From: Vicinamibacterales bacterium
GTDB lineage: Bacteria > Acidobacteriota > Vicinamibacteria > Vicinamibacterales > JAMQPK01
Direction of reading: 5' to 3'
Assembly: GCA_963825295.1 (NCBI GenBank)
Contig: CAWGSZ010000001.1
Span: forward strand, 293,298 to 357,297
DNA: 64,000 nt
A program made the translations under genes and the position numbers. The notes under the pieces are model-generated. The model worked only from the letters and a program-made list of their open reading frames with translations. It was not told the DNA's origin and did no database searches. This document shows, piece after piece, positions 26,142-36,322 of this stretch (position 1 is the stretch's first letter; each line of letters starts with the position of its first letter).

Positions 26142-27836
26142 TCAGTCGGTGACGCGGAAGATCAGAATTTCCTTCACTTCGTTCCTGGGGCCCGTGGGGC
26201 TGACCGCACTCAGTTCCAGGCGATATTCGTCGGGGGCCAGCGACGCGAGGGGGAGGTCGAACTGCTCGACCCCGGGCGCCAATGGCTCCGGAACCGACTC
26301 CAGCTCCCGCATGGTGATGCCACGGCGGTTGAGCAGGCGCGCCGAGACCACCGGCTGCGTTCCCGCCGCGCCATATGCCGACACGCGCACGAGCAGGCGC
26401 TCGGAGCGGCTGAACATGCGCGACGAAGTGGGAGCGGCGCTGGTGTCGCGGCTGACCTCCGCGAACTGGCGGGCGGAGCGCGTCCGCAGGATCTGCGGCG
26501 TCGCAAACGTGGGTCTGGACACCTGGAGGTTGGGCACCGAGACGCTGCGATAGTCGGTGTCGAGCAAGGTGCCGCTGCTCGTCTGGATCGCCATCTCGAT
26601 CGCGATGAGACCGGGCGGCGCATCGAACGTGGCGCGGCTCGCGTCCCCAGGCCCCAGCAGCCTTTCGATGAGCACCTGTCCTTCGCCGTTGATGGCCTTC
26701 AAGGTGACCGCGACCACTCGCTGGTTGCGCGGTGGCTCGGCGCCAGTTTCCCAGGTGACCGTGACGCGCGTGAGCCCATGCGCCGGAGCGCGCGACGTGC
26801 CAATCCACGGACGGATGTACGGGCTCGAGCGCGAGGGTCGGAAGGTGACCGTCTTGGGCGCGCTGGCTTTGGCGGTCAACGCAATCGCCGCGGCATCAGA
26901 CGCCCAGTAGCCGGCGCGTGTTCTCGCCACCGCGCCCGTTCGCTTCACCCGCACCTGCACCCGGCGAAACCCCCCGTCTTCGGGCCCCTGCGGTGTGAAT
27001 GTCAGGATGACATGGTGATCGAGGTCGCTCGTCACCTGCGTCAACGCCGGCGCCAGGTCGGCGTTGTTCACGCTCGCGCTCCCGCCGGTCTCGTCGGCCA
27101 TCGTGCGCAGCAGGGCGTCATCGTCGCCCGGAGCCGGAAGGGGATCGACGGCATGAATCGCCACGTGATTGCGATTGGCGGCCGACGTGATGGCGCGCGG
27201 TTGCGCCGGACGAAACCCTTCGCTGACGAAGATGAGCGCTCTGCGGCTGGCCGGCTGATCGCCGAGCCGGCGCGCCAGCGCCTGCAACGCGGCCGAGACG
27301 ACCTGGGCGCGAGCCGGATCGGCGGTGCGTGGATCGCGGCTCATGAAATTCCGCTCGAACTCGCTGCGCGGCGTGTAGTCGCCGGCGTGCCCCTCGAAGG
27401 CCGCGATCACCTGGCGGATAACCGTTCGATCCTGCGTGAAGGTGATGGCGTGGAGCGGATCGAGTGGTTTGACGATGGCGACGAGATCGCCCTGACGAAG
27501 CTGTGCGTCGACGAAACGCAGCAGCGCGTCATGTGCGCGCGCCGTCGCCTCGCCGGCATGCACGTGAAACTCGTCGAGAAGGATGCCGAAGACCCGAGGG
27601 CTGCCAGCCTGCGGCCGGACGGCGTCGACGGCGCGGATCTCGCCCGCATCGGTCAGCTCGAAGTCGCTGGCCTTCAGGTCCTGCAGCGGACGCATCTTCG
27701 CGTCGGTCACGACCACGTCGAGGCTGACGGGCTGGTCGGCGGCAGAGACGGGCACGACGGCTGGCGTCGAGGCCAGCACGACGATGGTGGCGCTACGCAC
27801 GACCATCGTCACGCCGCGTGACGCGATTCGCTTCAT
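26142..27836 (-). CDS. VWFA-related acidobacterial-type domain protein
   Basis: N-terminal pattern LDVVVTDAKMRPLQDLKASDFELTDAG..FGILLDEFH is typical of the VWFA-related Acidobacterial domain family. The ATG overlaps the TolC stop (ATGA). Confidence 0.7.
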   Translation of the reverse strand: MKRIASRGVTMVVRSATIVVLASTPAVVPVSAADQPVSLDVVVTDAKMRPLQDLKASDFELTDAGEIRAVDAVRPQAGSPRVFGILLDEFHVHAGEATARAHDALLRFVDAQLRQGDLVAIVKPLDPLHAITFTQDRTVIRQVIAAFEGHAGDYTPRSEFERNFMSRDPRTADPARAQVVSAALQALARRLGDQPASRRALIFVSEGFRPAQPRAITSAANRNHVAIHAVDPLPAPGDDDALLRTMADETGGSASVNNADLAPALTQVTSDLDHHVILTFTPQGPEDGGFRRVQVRVKRTGAVARTRAGYWASDAAAIALTAKASAPKTVTFRPSRSSPYIRPWIGTSRAPAHGLTRVTVTWETGAEPPRNQRVVAVTLKAINGEGQVLIERLLGPGDASRATFDAPPGLIAIEMAIQTSSGTLLDTDYRSVSVPNLQVSRPTFATPQILRTRSARQFAEVSRDTSAAPTSSRMFSRSERLLVRVSAYGAAGTQPVVSARLLNRRGITMRELESVPEPLAPGVEQFDLPLASLAPDEYRLELSAVSPTGPRNEVKEILIFRVTD

Positions 27837-29485
27837 CTGAACACGGTGATGTTACCAGCGGATCCGGTTTGCTGTACGCGATCGAATTCGACGACCGCCC
27901 GTCTGTATGCGAGCACGGCCCGCAGTTCGTTGTTCTGGGCCGTCGACAGATCGCGCTGGAACTGCACCACCTGGAAGTTGGTCGACATGCCGACGCTGAA
28001 CTTGCTGTTCTCGGCGTCGAGCTGCTGCTGCGCGAGATCGCGCGCCGCCTGCGCGGCCTGCACGCTCTCGGCCGTATTCTGCACCTGGATGGCGGCGTTG
28101 TTGACGTCGCTCGTCACTCCGAGATCGATCTGGCGCATCTGCACCTCGATCTGATTCTGCTGAATCCTGGCCCGTGCCACCGACGCATCGGCCGGGCTCG
28201 TGCCGATGTTGTAGGTCATGTTCAGCGCTACGCTCCATGTCGGCAGCCGGTTGCGGAAGAGCGTGTTCAGCGCGTCGAGGTACCCGCCCGGTTCGACGCC
28301 GATGACCTGGCCGCGATTGACGCCGTTGCCGTCGCTGCCGGCCGTGATCAACCGGTCGCCGCCGATGCCGGTCGATGCGTACCGCGTCTGGAAATCGACC
28401 TGCGGCAGCCGTTGATTCTCGAGGTAGCGGAGGGTCACGTCGTTCGCCTGGAGGTCCTTGCGCGCGCGCAGGATGTCGGTGCGAGCCGACAGCGCGCGCT
28501 GGATGGCGGCCGCGACGTCGATGGGCTCGGGCGCGAAATCGGGACGATCGGTCGGGTCGATGGACATCGTCCACAACGGGTCGTTCGTGCCGCTGACGAT
28601 GAGGCGCTTCAGCGCGATCTCGGCGGTGCGCTGCGAGCCCTCGGCCGTGACGAGCTGCTGCCGCTGCGCGGCAACCTGCGCCTGCGCCTGGACGACGTCG
28701 ATGGGCGCCATCGTGCCGATTTCAACTTTCGCCTGGTTGTTACGGTACAGCTCTTCGGCGAGCGCGAGCACCTGTTTCGACGTTTCGACCGACTGCACCG
28801 CGAACACGAAGTCCCAGTACGCATTGCGAACGTTGGCGATCGTGTTGATCGTGACCTCCCGAAGCTGGATGTCTGAGATGTCCTGACTGATGCGGGTGAC
28901 GAGCAATTGCTGGCGCGTCGTATCGATCTTGAAGTCGCGAAGCAGCGGCTGGTTGTAGGTCGCCGCCCACGTCGGGTTGTACTGCGGGTTGATCGTCGCC
29001 GTCGTGTTCGACGTCTCCGAACGCCGGTTGTCGAGCTGCAGGTTGAGCGCGCCGCCTGCCCACGGCACGTCCTGCGTCAGCCCGCCGTTGAAGAGGAACG
29101 TCGAGTTGTTGATCGTCGCGCCGGTCTGTCCTCCGGAAATCGTGCTCGTCGACGCGTTCTTCGAGTTCGAACTGCTGACGATGGACGACAGCGTCGGGCT
29201 GTAGACCGATCGGATGCTGGCGATGTCGACGTCGTAGGTCTGCTGGCCGATGCGCTGGACGGCGATGTCGAGGTTGTTCTCGAGCGCCCGTTTCACCGCG
29301 TCCTCGAGCGTCAACGTCACGCGCGGTCCTGTCGCGCCCGGTGGCGCCGTCGACGGCCGGGGCGGCGCCGTCTGCCCGAGCGTCACCTGTCCCTGAAACA
29401 GATCCGCGGGCAGTTTCAGGCGTGTTTGAGCCGAAACGGGAAAGGCAATCGAGACGAGGAGGGCGCACGCAAGGATGTATTTCAT
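27833..29485 (-). CDS. TolC-family outer membrane efflux protein
   Basis: Signal peptide MKYILACALLVSIAFPVSAQ, LTLEDAVKRALENNLDIAVQR, and two OEP-type repeats. Confidence 0.85.
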   Translation of the reverse strand: MKYILACALLVSIAFPVSAQTRLKLPADLFQGQVTLGQTAPPRPSTAPPGATGPRVTLTLEDAVKRALENNLDIAVQRIGQQTYDVDIASIRSVYSPTLSSIVSSSNSKNASTSTISGGQTGATINNSTFLFNGGLTQDVPWAGGALNLQLDNRRSETSNTTATINPQYNPTWAATYNQPLLRDFKIDTTRQQLLVTRISQDISDIQLREVTINTIANVRNAYWDFVFAVQSVETSKQVLALAEELYRNNQAKVEIGTMAPIDVVQAQAQVAAQRQQLVTAEGSQRTAEIALKRLIVSGTNDPLWTMSIDPTDRPDFAPEPIDVAAAIQRALSARTDILRARKDLQANDVTLRYLENQRLPQVDFQTRYASTGIGGDRLITAGSDGNGVNRGQVIGVEPGGYLDALNTLFRNRLPTWSVALNMTYNIGTSPADASVARARIQQNQIEVQMRQIDLGVTSDVNNAAIQVQNTAESVQAAQAARDLAQQQLDAENSKFSVGMSTNFQVVQFQRDLSTAQNNELRAVLAYRRAVVEFDRVQQTGSAGNITVFR

Positions 29486-29664
29486 ACAAAAAGATTACGA
29501 CAAATCGGGGCCGAAGGTTTCGTGATCCCGTCGGTGGGATCGACGATCCCGAAACCGAACGTGCGACAGTCACCTACGTAACCACTGGCGCGGGCGATGC
29601 GATTGGCCCCGGATGGTCCGCGCCCTGCATCCCCTGTGTCGACCAGCCGCAAAGACGCCGATCG

Positions 29665-30811
29665 TCAACTGAGCCGGCCGACCCGAAGCACCCTCGCCGC
29701 TGCGAAGGCCATCAGGGCCGCACCGCCGCTCAGCAGCGCCCCGAGCTTGGTTTCATCGAGAAGGCGCCCATAAGGGAACGCCGCGGTCGCGAAGAAGAGC
29801 GCGACCGTGAAGCCGATGGCCGCGATGATCCCGACGACGATCATGTCGCGCCACGTGACGTCGCGCGGCAGGTGCAGGCCGCCCAGCTGCGAGACGAACA
29901 CCGCTGCCGAGATGCCGATCGGCTTGCCTGCGAGAATCGCGACCAGCACCAACCACGTCCCGCGTCCCGGCATTGCCGAAGGTCACGCCGGCATTCGCAA
30001 GGCCGAAGAAGAACAGCATGACGGCGACCGGGCGCTTGAAGGTGTGCTCGAATTCGTTCAGCGTGTCGTGAGCGTCCGGCACGTCGACAAACAGCCCGCG
30101 GTAGCGCGCGGCGTGCGGCATGAACGGCACGATCGGCACGAGCGCCAGCGCCGGGTGCAGCCCGCCACGAAGAAAGCCCATCCACGACAGAACGCCGGCG
30201 GTGACGAGATACGGCCAGAACGACTTCGTGCCGCGTCTCGCCAGCCACCAGGCGATCAGCATGCCGGCCGCCAGAAACACCGAGAAGTCGACCGGCCGGA
30301 AGATCCCCGACGGATAAAAGGCCGCGATGATGAGCAGTCCCAGCGCGTCGTCCGCAATCGCCAGCATCAGCAGAAAAGGAATGGCCGGATGCTTTGCGCC
30401 GAACACGATTCTTGCCACGAGGTAGCTGAACGCGATGTCGGTGGCGCACGGAATCGCCCAGCCCCGCTCGAGATCGGGACGATCCAGCGCCATCGTCATC
30501 CAGACAAAGATCAGGGCCGGGCCGAGCATCCCTCCCACCGCGGCGGCGAGCGGCATCGCGGCGCGCTTGGGTGAATGGAGCGCGCCTCCAGGTGCCGTGG
30601 CCTCGGTCACCTCCTTCGCGGCCAGCGCGAAGAAGAACACCATCCCGATATCGTTGACGAGGAACTGGATCGAACGAGCGAAGCCGTAGTAGCCGTCGCT
30701 GTCGAGATTGCACCAGACGAGCGCGATCGCCGTGCCGACGACGAGCAGGCCGGAGTTGTCGACGAACGTTTTTGTCGCCTGGAGCAATTTTGTCGGGGGC
30801 GAAGTCGTCAT
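29665..30811 (-). pseudogene. nhaA: Na+/H+ antiporter NhaA, disrupted by a 7-bp tandem duplication
   Basis: The NhaA pattern (WAIPCATDIAFSYLV, LAIADDALGLLIIA) continues into ORF 29665..29973 (GTWLVLVAILAGKPIGI) only if one copy of CGTCCCG|CGTCCCG (29956-29969) is removed. Confidence 0.8.
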
Positions 30812-30838
30812 CGCGTGGTGCTCGTATGATTCCCGTAG

Positions 30839-32633
30839 ATGAGCACAGGCGATTCTCCCGTGGTCATGCTCTCCGGTCGCAAGTTTGTCCTGGCTTGCGC
30901 TATTGTCGCATGCGCGCTGGCCGTCATCGGACGGATGAGGCCGCTCCCGGTTTCGCTCGTCGCCGCTGAAGTCTTCATCACCATCCTCTCGCTGTTCGTC
31001 TTCGGGTCGTTCAAGTACCAGATCCACAAGAACGCGCTGACCTACGGGATGGTCCTGGTGATCGTCGCCACGTTCCTGGGGCTGGAATCAACGGCCTGGC
31101 ACCGGCAGGTCGCCGCGGACGGTTTGTGGCCGTGGCTGCGCGAGCACGTGCTGTCGTTTCACGGACTCGACGAGCTGATTCACGCCGATACGATGCTCTT
31201 CATCCTCGGGCTGACCTTCTTCGTGGCGGTCATCGCCCAGACGCGCATTCTCGAGGGTGTCACGTTCTTCCTCCTTCGCCGCAACTCCGGAGAGATTCTG
31301 CCGACGGTGATCGCGGTGACGGCGGTCGTCGCGTTCTCGTCGGGCATTCTCGACGGTGTGTCGATGATCGGCCTCACCATTCGCACTCTGGTGATCATCC
31401 TGATGCTGGCGGCCGCGCCCAAAAGGGCGGTTCTGCGGGCCGTCATGATTTGCACGACCGTGACGACCGTCTGCGGGGTGTGGCTCGCCTACGGAGAGCC
31501 TCCGAACCTGATCATGAAGGCCAATCTCGACCCGAGCCTGGGCGGCACGTTTTTCATCCGCTACTGCGGGCCGATCGCGCTCGTCGCCTATTTCGTCGTG
31601 GCCAGGCACCTTCGCAAAGAGCTCGCAGGACAGCGTATCGACCTCGACAGAATGGACGTCCTCGATGCCAACGCCGAAGACGTCAGGTTTCTCCAGGCAT
31701 CGAGGCATGGCGAAGTCCTGACGCCCGTCGAGCTGGTCGAGGCCCACGCACGGGATCTCGAAGGCAAGGCGCCGCAGATCGTCGAGCGGGTGCAGCAGGG
31801 CACGTCGCTCGGACGCGCGCTCGTCGACGCCGATCTGCCCTGGGAAACGCGCGAGCTGCTGCTCGGTCACTACGTCAGCGAGGAGCTGGCGACGTCGCTC
31901 GATCGCCATTATGTGCTCGACTCGATGGGCGACGACGAAGGCGCCATGAGGGCCGAGCAGTGGGTCGACGACACGCTGGCCGCGTCGGCGCAGGCCCGGC
32001 GCCGGGCCCAGCGCTACGGCGCGCTGGCGCTGATTCCGTTCGTCGGGCTGCTCGTCGTGCACGGGGTCAATCACGAGGTGCCCCTCTTCCTCGCCTCGTT
32101 TGCGGGCTTCGGCGCCGCGATGATCGGGATCGCGAAGATTCCGAAGATGCGCGACCTGGCGCTTAATGAGGGCCGCCACGAGTACGCCGAGTACTACTTC
32201 CTGTTTCCGCTGTTCCTGTCGATCACGCTGCTCACACAGGCCGGGTTCTTCGATGACATGGCGGCGGTCATCCGCCACGGCGTCGACACGTTCGGTCATG
32301 GCGCCGTCGCGTGGGCGCAATTCTCGGGCGCCACCGTTGCTCTCCGCGATACTCGACAACAACATCGTGGCGGACTTCGCGTCGCGCGCGCTCGAGACCT
32401 TCGACCTCCAGGTGCTCCACCTGTTCGCGATGGCGCAGATCGCGGGATACGCGCTCGGCGGCTGCTGGACGCACATCGGATCGGCGCAGTCGGTCGTCGC
32501 GTACTCGTTCATTCAGCGCGACGTGGACGCCGCCTACACGCCGATCCAGTGGATCAGGGAAATGACCCCGGTGATTCTCGAGATGTTCGCGCTCATTACG
32601 ATCGTGATCGCGATCGAGAGCTGGCTTCTCTAG
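30839..32633 (+). pseudogene. ArsB/NhaD-type ion transporter permease, frame broken near 32336
   Basis: A multi-TM protein with a large central soluble loop. ..WAQFSGAT|LLSAILDNNIVADF.. joins ORF 30839.. to ORF 32166..32633 after removal of one base at about 32336. Confidence 0.65.
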
Positions 32634-33049
32634 AGTTTGGCGAGCACCGTCACGTGGACGCCGGGTACGACATTGGTGGTGGCGAGATAGCGGCTGACCA
32701 CCTGCGATCCGTCGCGCCGGCGGAGGGTGACCTCTCCAGCCTGGCGGCCCGTCCGCAGGAACGCCCGCCACAGGATTTCCATCTCGCGCTCGTCGACCGG
32801 CGGGGTGATATCGAAGATCGATGCCCTCAGCAATTCGCGGCGCGAGTAACCGGTGAGCTCGGCCGCCGAGGCATTGGCCCCGACGTAGCGGCCGGTGTTG
32901 TCCGCAAACATCACGGCAAAGGGATGCACGCGTACCGCCTCTTCGAGGCGCTTGACGGCTTCAATCTGCGGCGTGGCGCTCGACAGGCTGGTCCGCGCTT
33001 CCTGCGTGAGGGTGTGCATCACCTGCTCGAGCGCGGTAGTGTGGAGCAT
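32630..33049 (-). CDS. PAS domain protein (single domain, 139 aa)
   Basis: ATG at 33049. PAS-like FAVMFADNTGRYVGANASAAELTGYSRRELL..EVTLRRRDGSQV. The upstream part of ORF 32630..33784 is antisense to ypfJ. Confidence 0.6.
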   Translation of the reverse strand: MLHTTALEQVMHTLTQEARTSLSSATPQIEAVKRLEEAVRVHPFAVMFADNTGRYVGANASAAELTGYSRRELLRASIFDITPPVDEREMEILWRAFLRTGRQAGEVTLRRRDGSQVVSRYLATTNVVPGVHVTVLAKL

Positions 33050-33060
33050 CAGGCCAGGAA

Positions 33061-33900
33061 TTATCGAGCATCGGCGAACGTGTCGCAAGCACGCGGATCG
33101 CCCGTTTGCATTCCGCGTCGAAACCATGACACACGCTGGGCCGACGAACCGTGTGTGAACGATTCGGGCACGACACGCCCGCGTCCCTGCTGCTGAAGCC
33201 GGTCGTCCCCGACGGCCGCTGCCGCACCGAGCCCTTCTTCGACGTCGCCGGGATCCAGTTCGACGCGTCCGGCCGCCGCCCGTCCTGACTGGGCTGCCTC
33301 GTGTCCCCAGACGCCGGCATAACAGTCGGCCTGCAATTCCACGCGCACCGAACGCTCGTTCGCGTTGCCGCCGAAGGGACCGCTGTCGAGCGTGCTCGTC
33401 AGGTTCTGAACGTGATGCCCGACTTCGTGCGCGAGGACGTAGGCCTGAGCGAAATCGCCGGGCGCGCCGAGCTTCGCATGGAGATCGCCGAAAAAGCCGA
33501 GGTCGAGATAGATCTTGCGGTCGGCCGGGCAATAGAACGGGCCGGTCGCCGAGCTCGACAACCCGCACGCCGACTGAATCGAGTCGCGAAAGAGTACGGC
33601 ACGCGTCGGCTGGTAGCTCCCCAGTTTCGCGGACCACGTGTTCTGGATGTCGCCCATGACCGCGTCGACGAAGTCGACCATTTTTTCTTCCTCGGGCGAC
33701 GACACCGCCGGGCGGTCGGCGACCACCTCGGTGGCGGTGCCTCCTCCGCCGACAACGTCGAACAGGTTGACGCCCGTCAGCCACGAGCCGACGAGCAGGA
33801 CGAGCACACCCCCGATGCCCAGCGGCATTCCGAGTCCACCCCCCCCGCCACCTCCACGCACATCCTCGACGTTGCTGCGATCGCCTCGTGTCCAGCGCAT
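33061..33900 (-). CDS. ypfJ: YpfJ-family putative neutral zinc metallopeptidase
   Basis: N-terminus MRWTRGDRSNVEDVRG, a TM segment, GPFYCPAD, and the HEVGHHVQ motif. Confidence 0.8.
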   Translation of the reverse strand: MRWTRGDRSNVEDVRGGGGGGGLGMPLGIGGVLVLLVGSWLTGVNLFDVVGGGGTATEVVADRPAVSSPEEEKMVDFVDAVMGDIQNTWSAKLGSYQPTRAVLFRDSIQSACGLSSSATGPFYCPADRKIYLDLGFFGDLHAKLGAPGDFAQAYVLAHEVGHHVQNLTSTLDSGPFGGNANERSVRVELQADCYAGVWGHEAAQSGRAAAGRVELDPGDVEEGLGAAAAVGDDRLQQQGRGRVVPESFTHGSSAQRVSWFRRGMQTGDPRACDTFADAR

Positions 33901-34269
33901 GGGTGTCTCCTTAGCAACTGCTATGCCGTCCAGCCTTCGCTGGTGTGGCGGAATTTCCACTGAACGATTGCTCAAAGCTCTGGCCATGTGTGGGCCAGCT
34001 GTATCGCTCGATGGTCATGTCGGGCCGGGCCAGGCGCAGCACGTTGAAGCTGTTCAGCTCGCCTCGTCCCCGTGTGGAGAGCGTGCCGGCCTGGACGACG
34101 AGCGCGGATCGTCCGACCACAGTGTAGCGTTCGGCAGTATGCCCTACATTTCGCGGTCGATGTGGGCGGGCTCGAGGTCGGGCCGATATGGCGTCGATAG
34201 CCGCCGGCGCCGCATCTGCCCGCTGGCCGGGTTCAGAACGATCGCGATCGTCTCGACTACTATCGTAAG

Positions 34270-35598
34270 GTGTCGGCCACCCTCCCGCCCGGACCGAGAG
34301 GCAGCGTGCTCTTCGGCAGCCTCGCCGAAGCCCGCCGCGATCCGCTGGCCTTCGTGCTACGGCTCGGCGCCCAATACGGCGACGTCGTGCACGTCAGGCT
34401 CGCCACGATTCGCGTCGTCCTGCTCAATCATCCCGACGACATCGAACAGGTGCTCGTCACCTGTCAGCATCGCTTCGCGAAGGGGAAGTCGCTCGGGCGC
34501 GCGCGGCGACTGTTCGGAAACGGCGTGTTGACGAGCGATGGCGCCCTGCACAGCCGGCAACGACGGTTGATCCAGCCCGCGTTCCAAAAACCCCAATTGT
34601 CCGCCTACGCTGACGTGATGATTACGCTGGCCCTCGACGCTCGCGACCGCCTGAAGCACGGCGACGACCTCGACATCGCCGGAGAGATGAGCCGGTTGAC
34701 CCTGGCGATTGCGGGGAAGACGCTGCTCGGGAGGGACATCAGTGCACTCGCCGGCGAAACGCTGGAGGCCGCCAGCGGCCTGCTCGAAGTGGCGTTGCTG
34801 CCGCTGGCGCCCCTGATGGATCTGCTTCCGCTGCCGCACGTGCGCCGGCTGCGCGCGGCGCGCCAGGCGATCGATCGCATGCTCACCGGCATCATCGAGG
34901 AACGCCGCCGCGATGGGGGTGGAAAGGTCGATCTGCTGTCGATGCTCTTGCGCGCGCAGGCGTCGGCCGGCTCCGACGTGATGTCCGACGAGCAGCTGCG
35001 CGATGAATTGACGACGATGCTGCTGGCGGGCCACGAGACGACCGCGTATGCCCTTGCGTGGACGTGGTACCTGCTGGCGCGCCATCCGGAGGTCGAGGCG
35101 CGCCTGCACGCGGAAATCGACGCGGTCGTCGGCACCCGGCGGCCACAGGCCGATGATGCGCAGGCGCTGCCCTACACGCGCATGGTGTTCGCCGAGTCGA
35201 TGCGCTTGTATCCGCCGGCCTGGCTGCTCGGTCGCGTGGCGATCGAGCGTCACGACGTGCGCGGATACGCGATCCCGCGCGGGTCGGTGGTGGTCGTCAG
35301 CCCGTGGGCTGTTCACCGGAACGACGAGTACTTTCCCGAACCCGAGCGATTCGACCCGGATCGGTGGCGTCCGGAAGCCCAGGACTCCCGCCCGCGGTTC
35401 TCGTACTTTCCGTTCGGCGGCGGCGCGCGAGGATGCATGGGCGAGGTCTTCGCGTGGATGGAGGGCGTGCTGCTGGTCGCCGCGTTCGCGCAGCGATGGC
35501 GGTTCAGGCTGCTCGACGACTCATCGGTTCCCGAGCTGCAGCCCGCCATCACGCTGAAGCCGAAACATGGCATTCGCGTGCGCGTCGAGCGCCGTTAG
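34270..35598 (+). CDS. cytochrome P450
   Basis: AGHETT I-helix, ESMRLYPP, and heme-thiolate loop FPFGGGARGCMG. GTG start. Confidence 0.9.
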   Translation: MSATLPPGPRGSVLFGSLAEARRDPLAFVLRLGAQYGDVVHVRLATIRVVLLNHPDDIEQVLVTCQHRFAKGKSLGRARRLFGNGVLTSDGALHSRQRRLIQPAFQKPQLSAYADVMITLALDARDRLKHGDDLDIAGEMSRLTLAIAGKTLLGRDISALAGETLEAASGLLEVALLPLAPLMDLLPLPHVRRLRAARQAIDRMLTGIIEERRRDGGGKVDLLSMLLRAQASAGSDVMSDEQLRDELTTMLLAGHETTAYALAWTWYLLARHPEVEARLHAEIDAVVGTRRPQADDAQALPYTRMVFAESMRLYPPAWLLGRVAIERHDVRGYAIPRGSVVVVSPWAVHRNDEYFPEPERFDPDRWRPEAQDSRPRFSYFPFGGGARGCMGEVFAWMEGVLLVAAFAQRWRFRLLDDSSVPELQPAITLKPKHGIRVRVERR

Positions 35599-35610
35599 GG
35601 AAGCGTGTGT

Positions 35611-36297
35611 TCACACCTTAGTGGCGGCGAAGAAATGCGAGAACAGCCCCGCGCGAGACTCCTCCGCGCGCCATCCCTGTTCGTTCGGCCAGAGCTGAGA
35701 AAGCTCGGCGTCGCGGAAGCCGGCGCGCACGCTGACGTCCGCGTCGTGTCTCGTCACGTCGTTGCAGCCGAGCAGGAATAGCAATGACGCCCCAGCCAGG
35801 GCCGTCCGCGATCGCCGCGGCTCGCAGGCGATGAAGCGACTGGTCTGCCGGGCGATGGCCGCGAACAACGTCGAGAGCTCGCCCTCGTCAAAGTGATGCA
35901 GGAACAAGTTCGCGAGCATCATGTCGGCCTGTTCGGGTGCGGGGCGCATCAGCCAGTCGAACACATCGGATTCGTCGGTGACGACATCCCAGCCGAGTGC
36001 GCGGAAATCCGCGCGCGTGCGGGCGCTGATCGTGGGCGCGCGATCGACGAGCATGGCACGCACGCCGGCCTGCGCCCGGCCCAGGCGTGTGGCGACCCTC
36101 AGGAGCAGCGAACCGTCGCCGGCGCCGAGCTCGACAATGCGGCGGGGCATCGGCCGCTGGCCGCGCAGGGCGCGGGTGACCAGCCCGGCGTGGCCCATGA
36201 ACGCGTTGACCTTGCGAAGATCGCGCCGCGCCTGGATAGCCCGGGGATCGTCCGGGGCAAGGTGATCGAGAATTTCCGGCTGGAGCTGTCGTCGCAT
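35611..36297 (-). CDS. class I SAM-dependent methyltransferase
   Basis: Motif I VELGAGDGSLL. The start lies 25 nt downstream of the type III PKS stop on the same strand. Confidence 0.7.
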   Translation of the reverse strand: MRRQLQPEILDHLAPDDPRAIQARRDLRKVNAFMGHAGLVTRALRGQRPMPRRIVELGAGDGSLLLRVATRLGRAQAGVRAMLVDRAPTISARTRADFRALGWDVVTDESDVFDWLMRPAPEQADMMLANLFLHHFDEGELSTLFAAIARQTSRFIACEPRRSRTALAGASLLFLLGCNDVTRHDADVSVRAGFRDAELSQLWPNEQGWRAEESRAGLFSHFFAATKV

Positions 36298-36322
36298 TGC
36301 CGCAGCGGTTTACGGCCGGCCG

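Noticed and set aside
32634-33196. C-terminal tail of the 785-aa ORF 30839..33196.
   Set aside because: After about 32336 the frame loses the transporter sense and runs antisense to the PAS gene. The true continuation is ORF 32166..32633.
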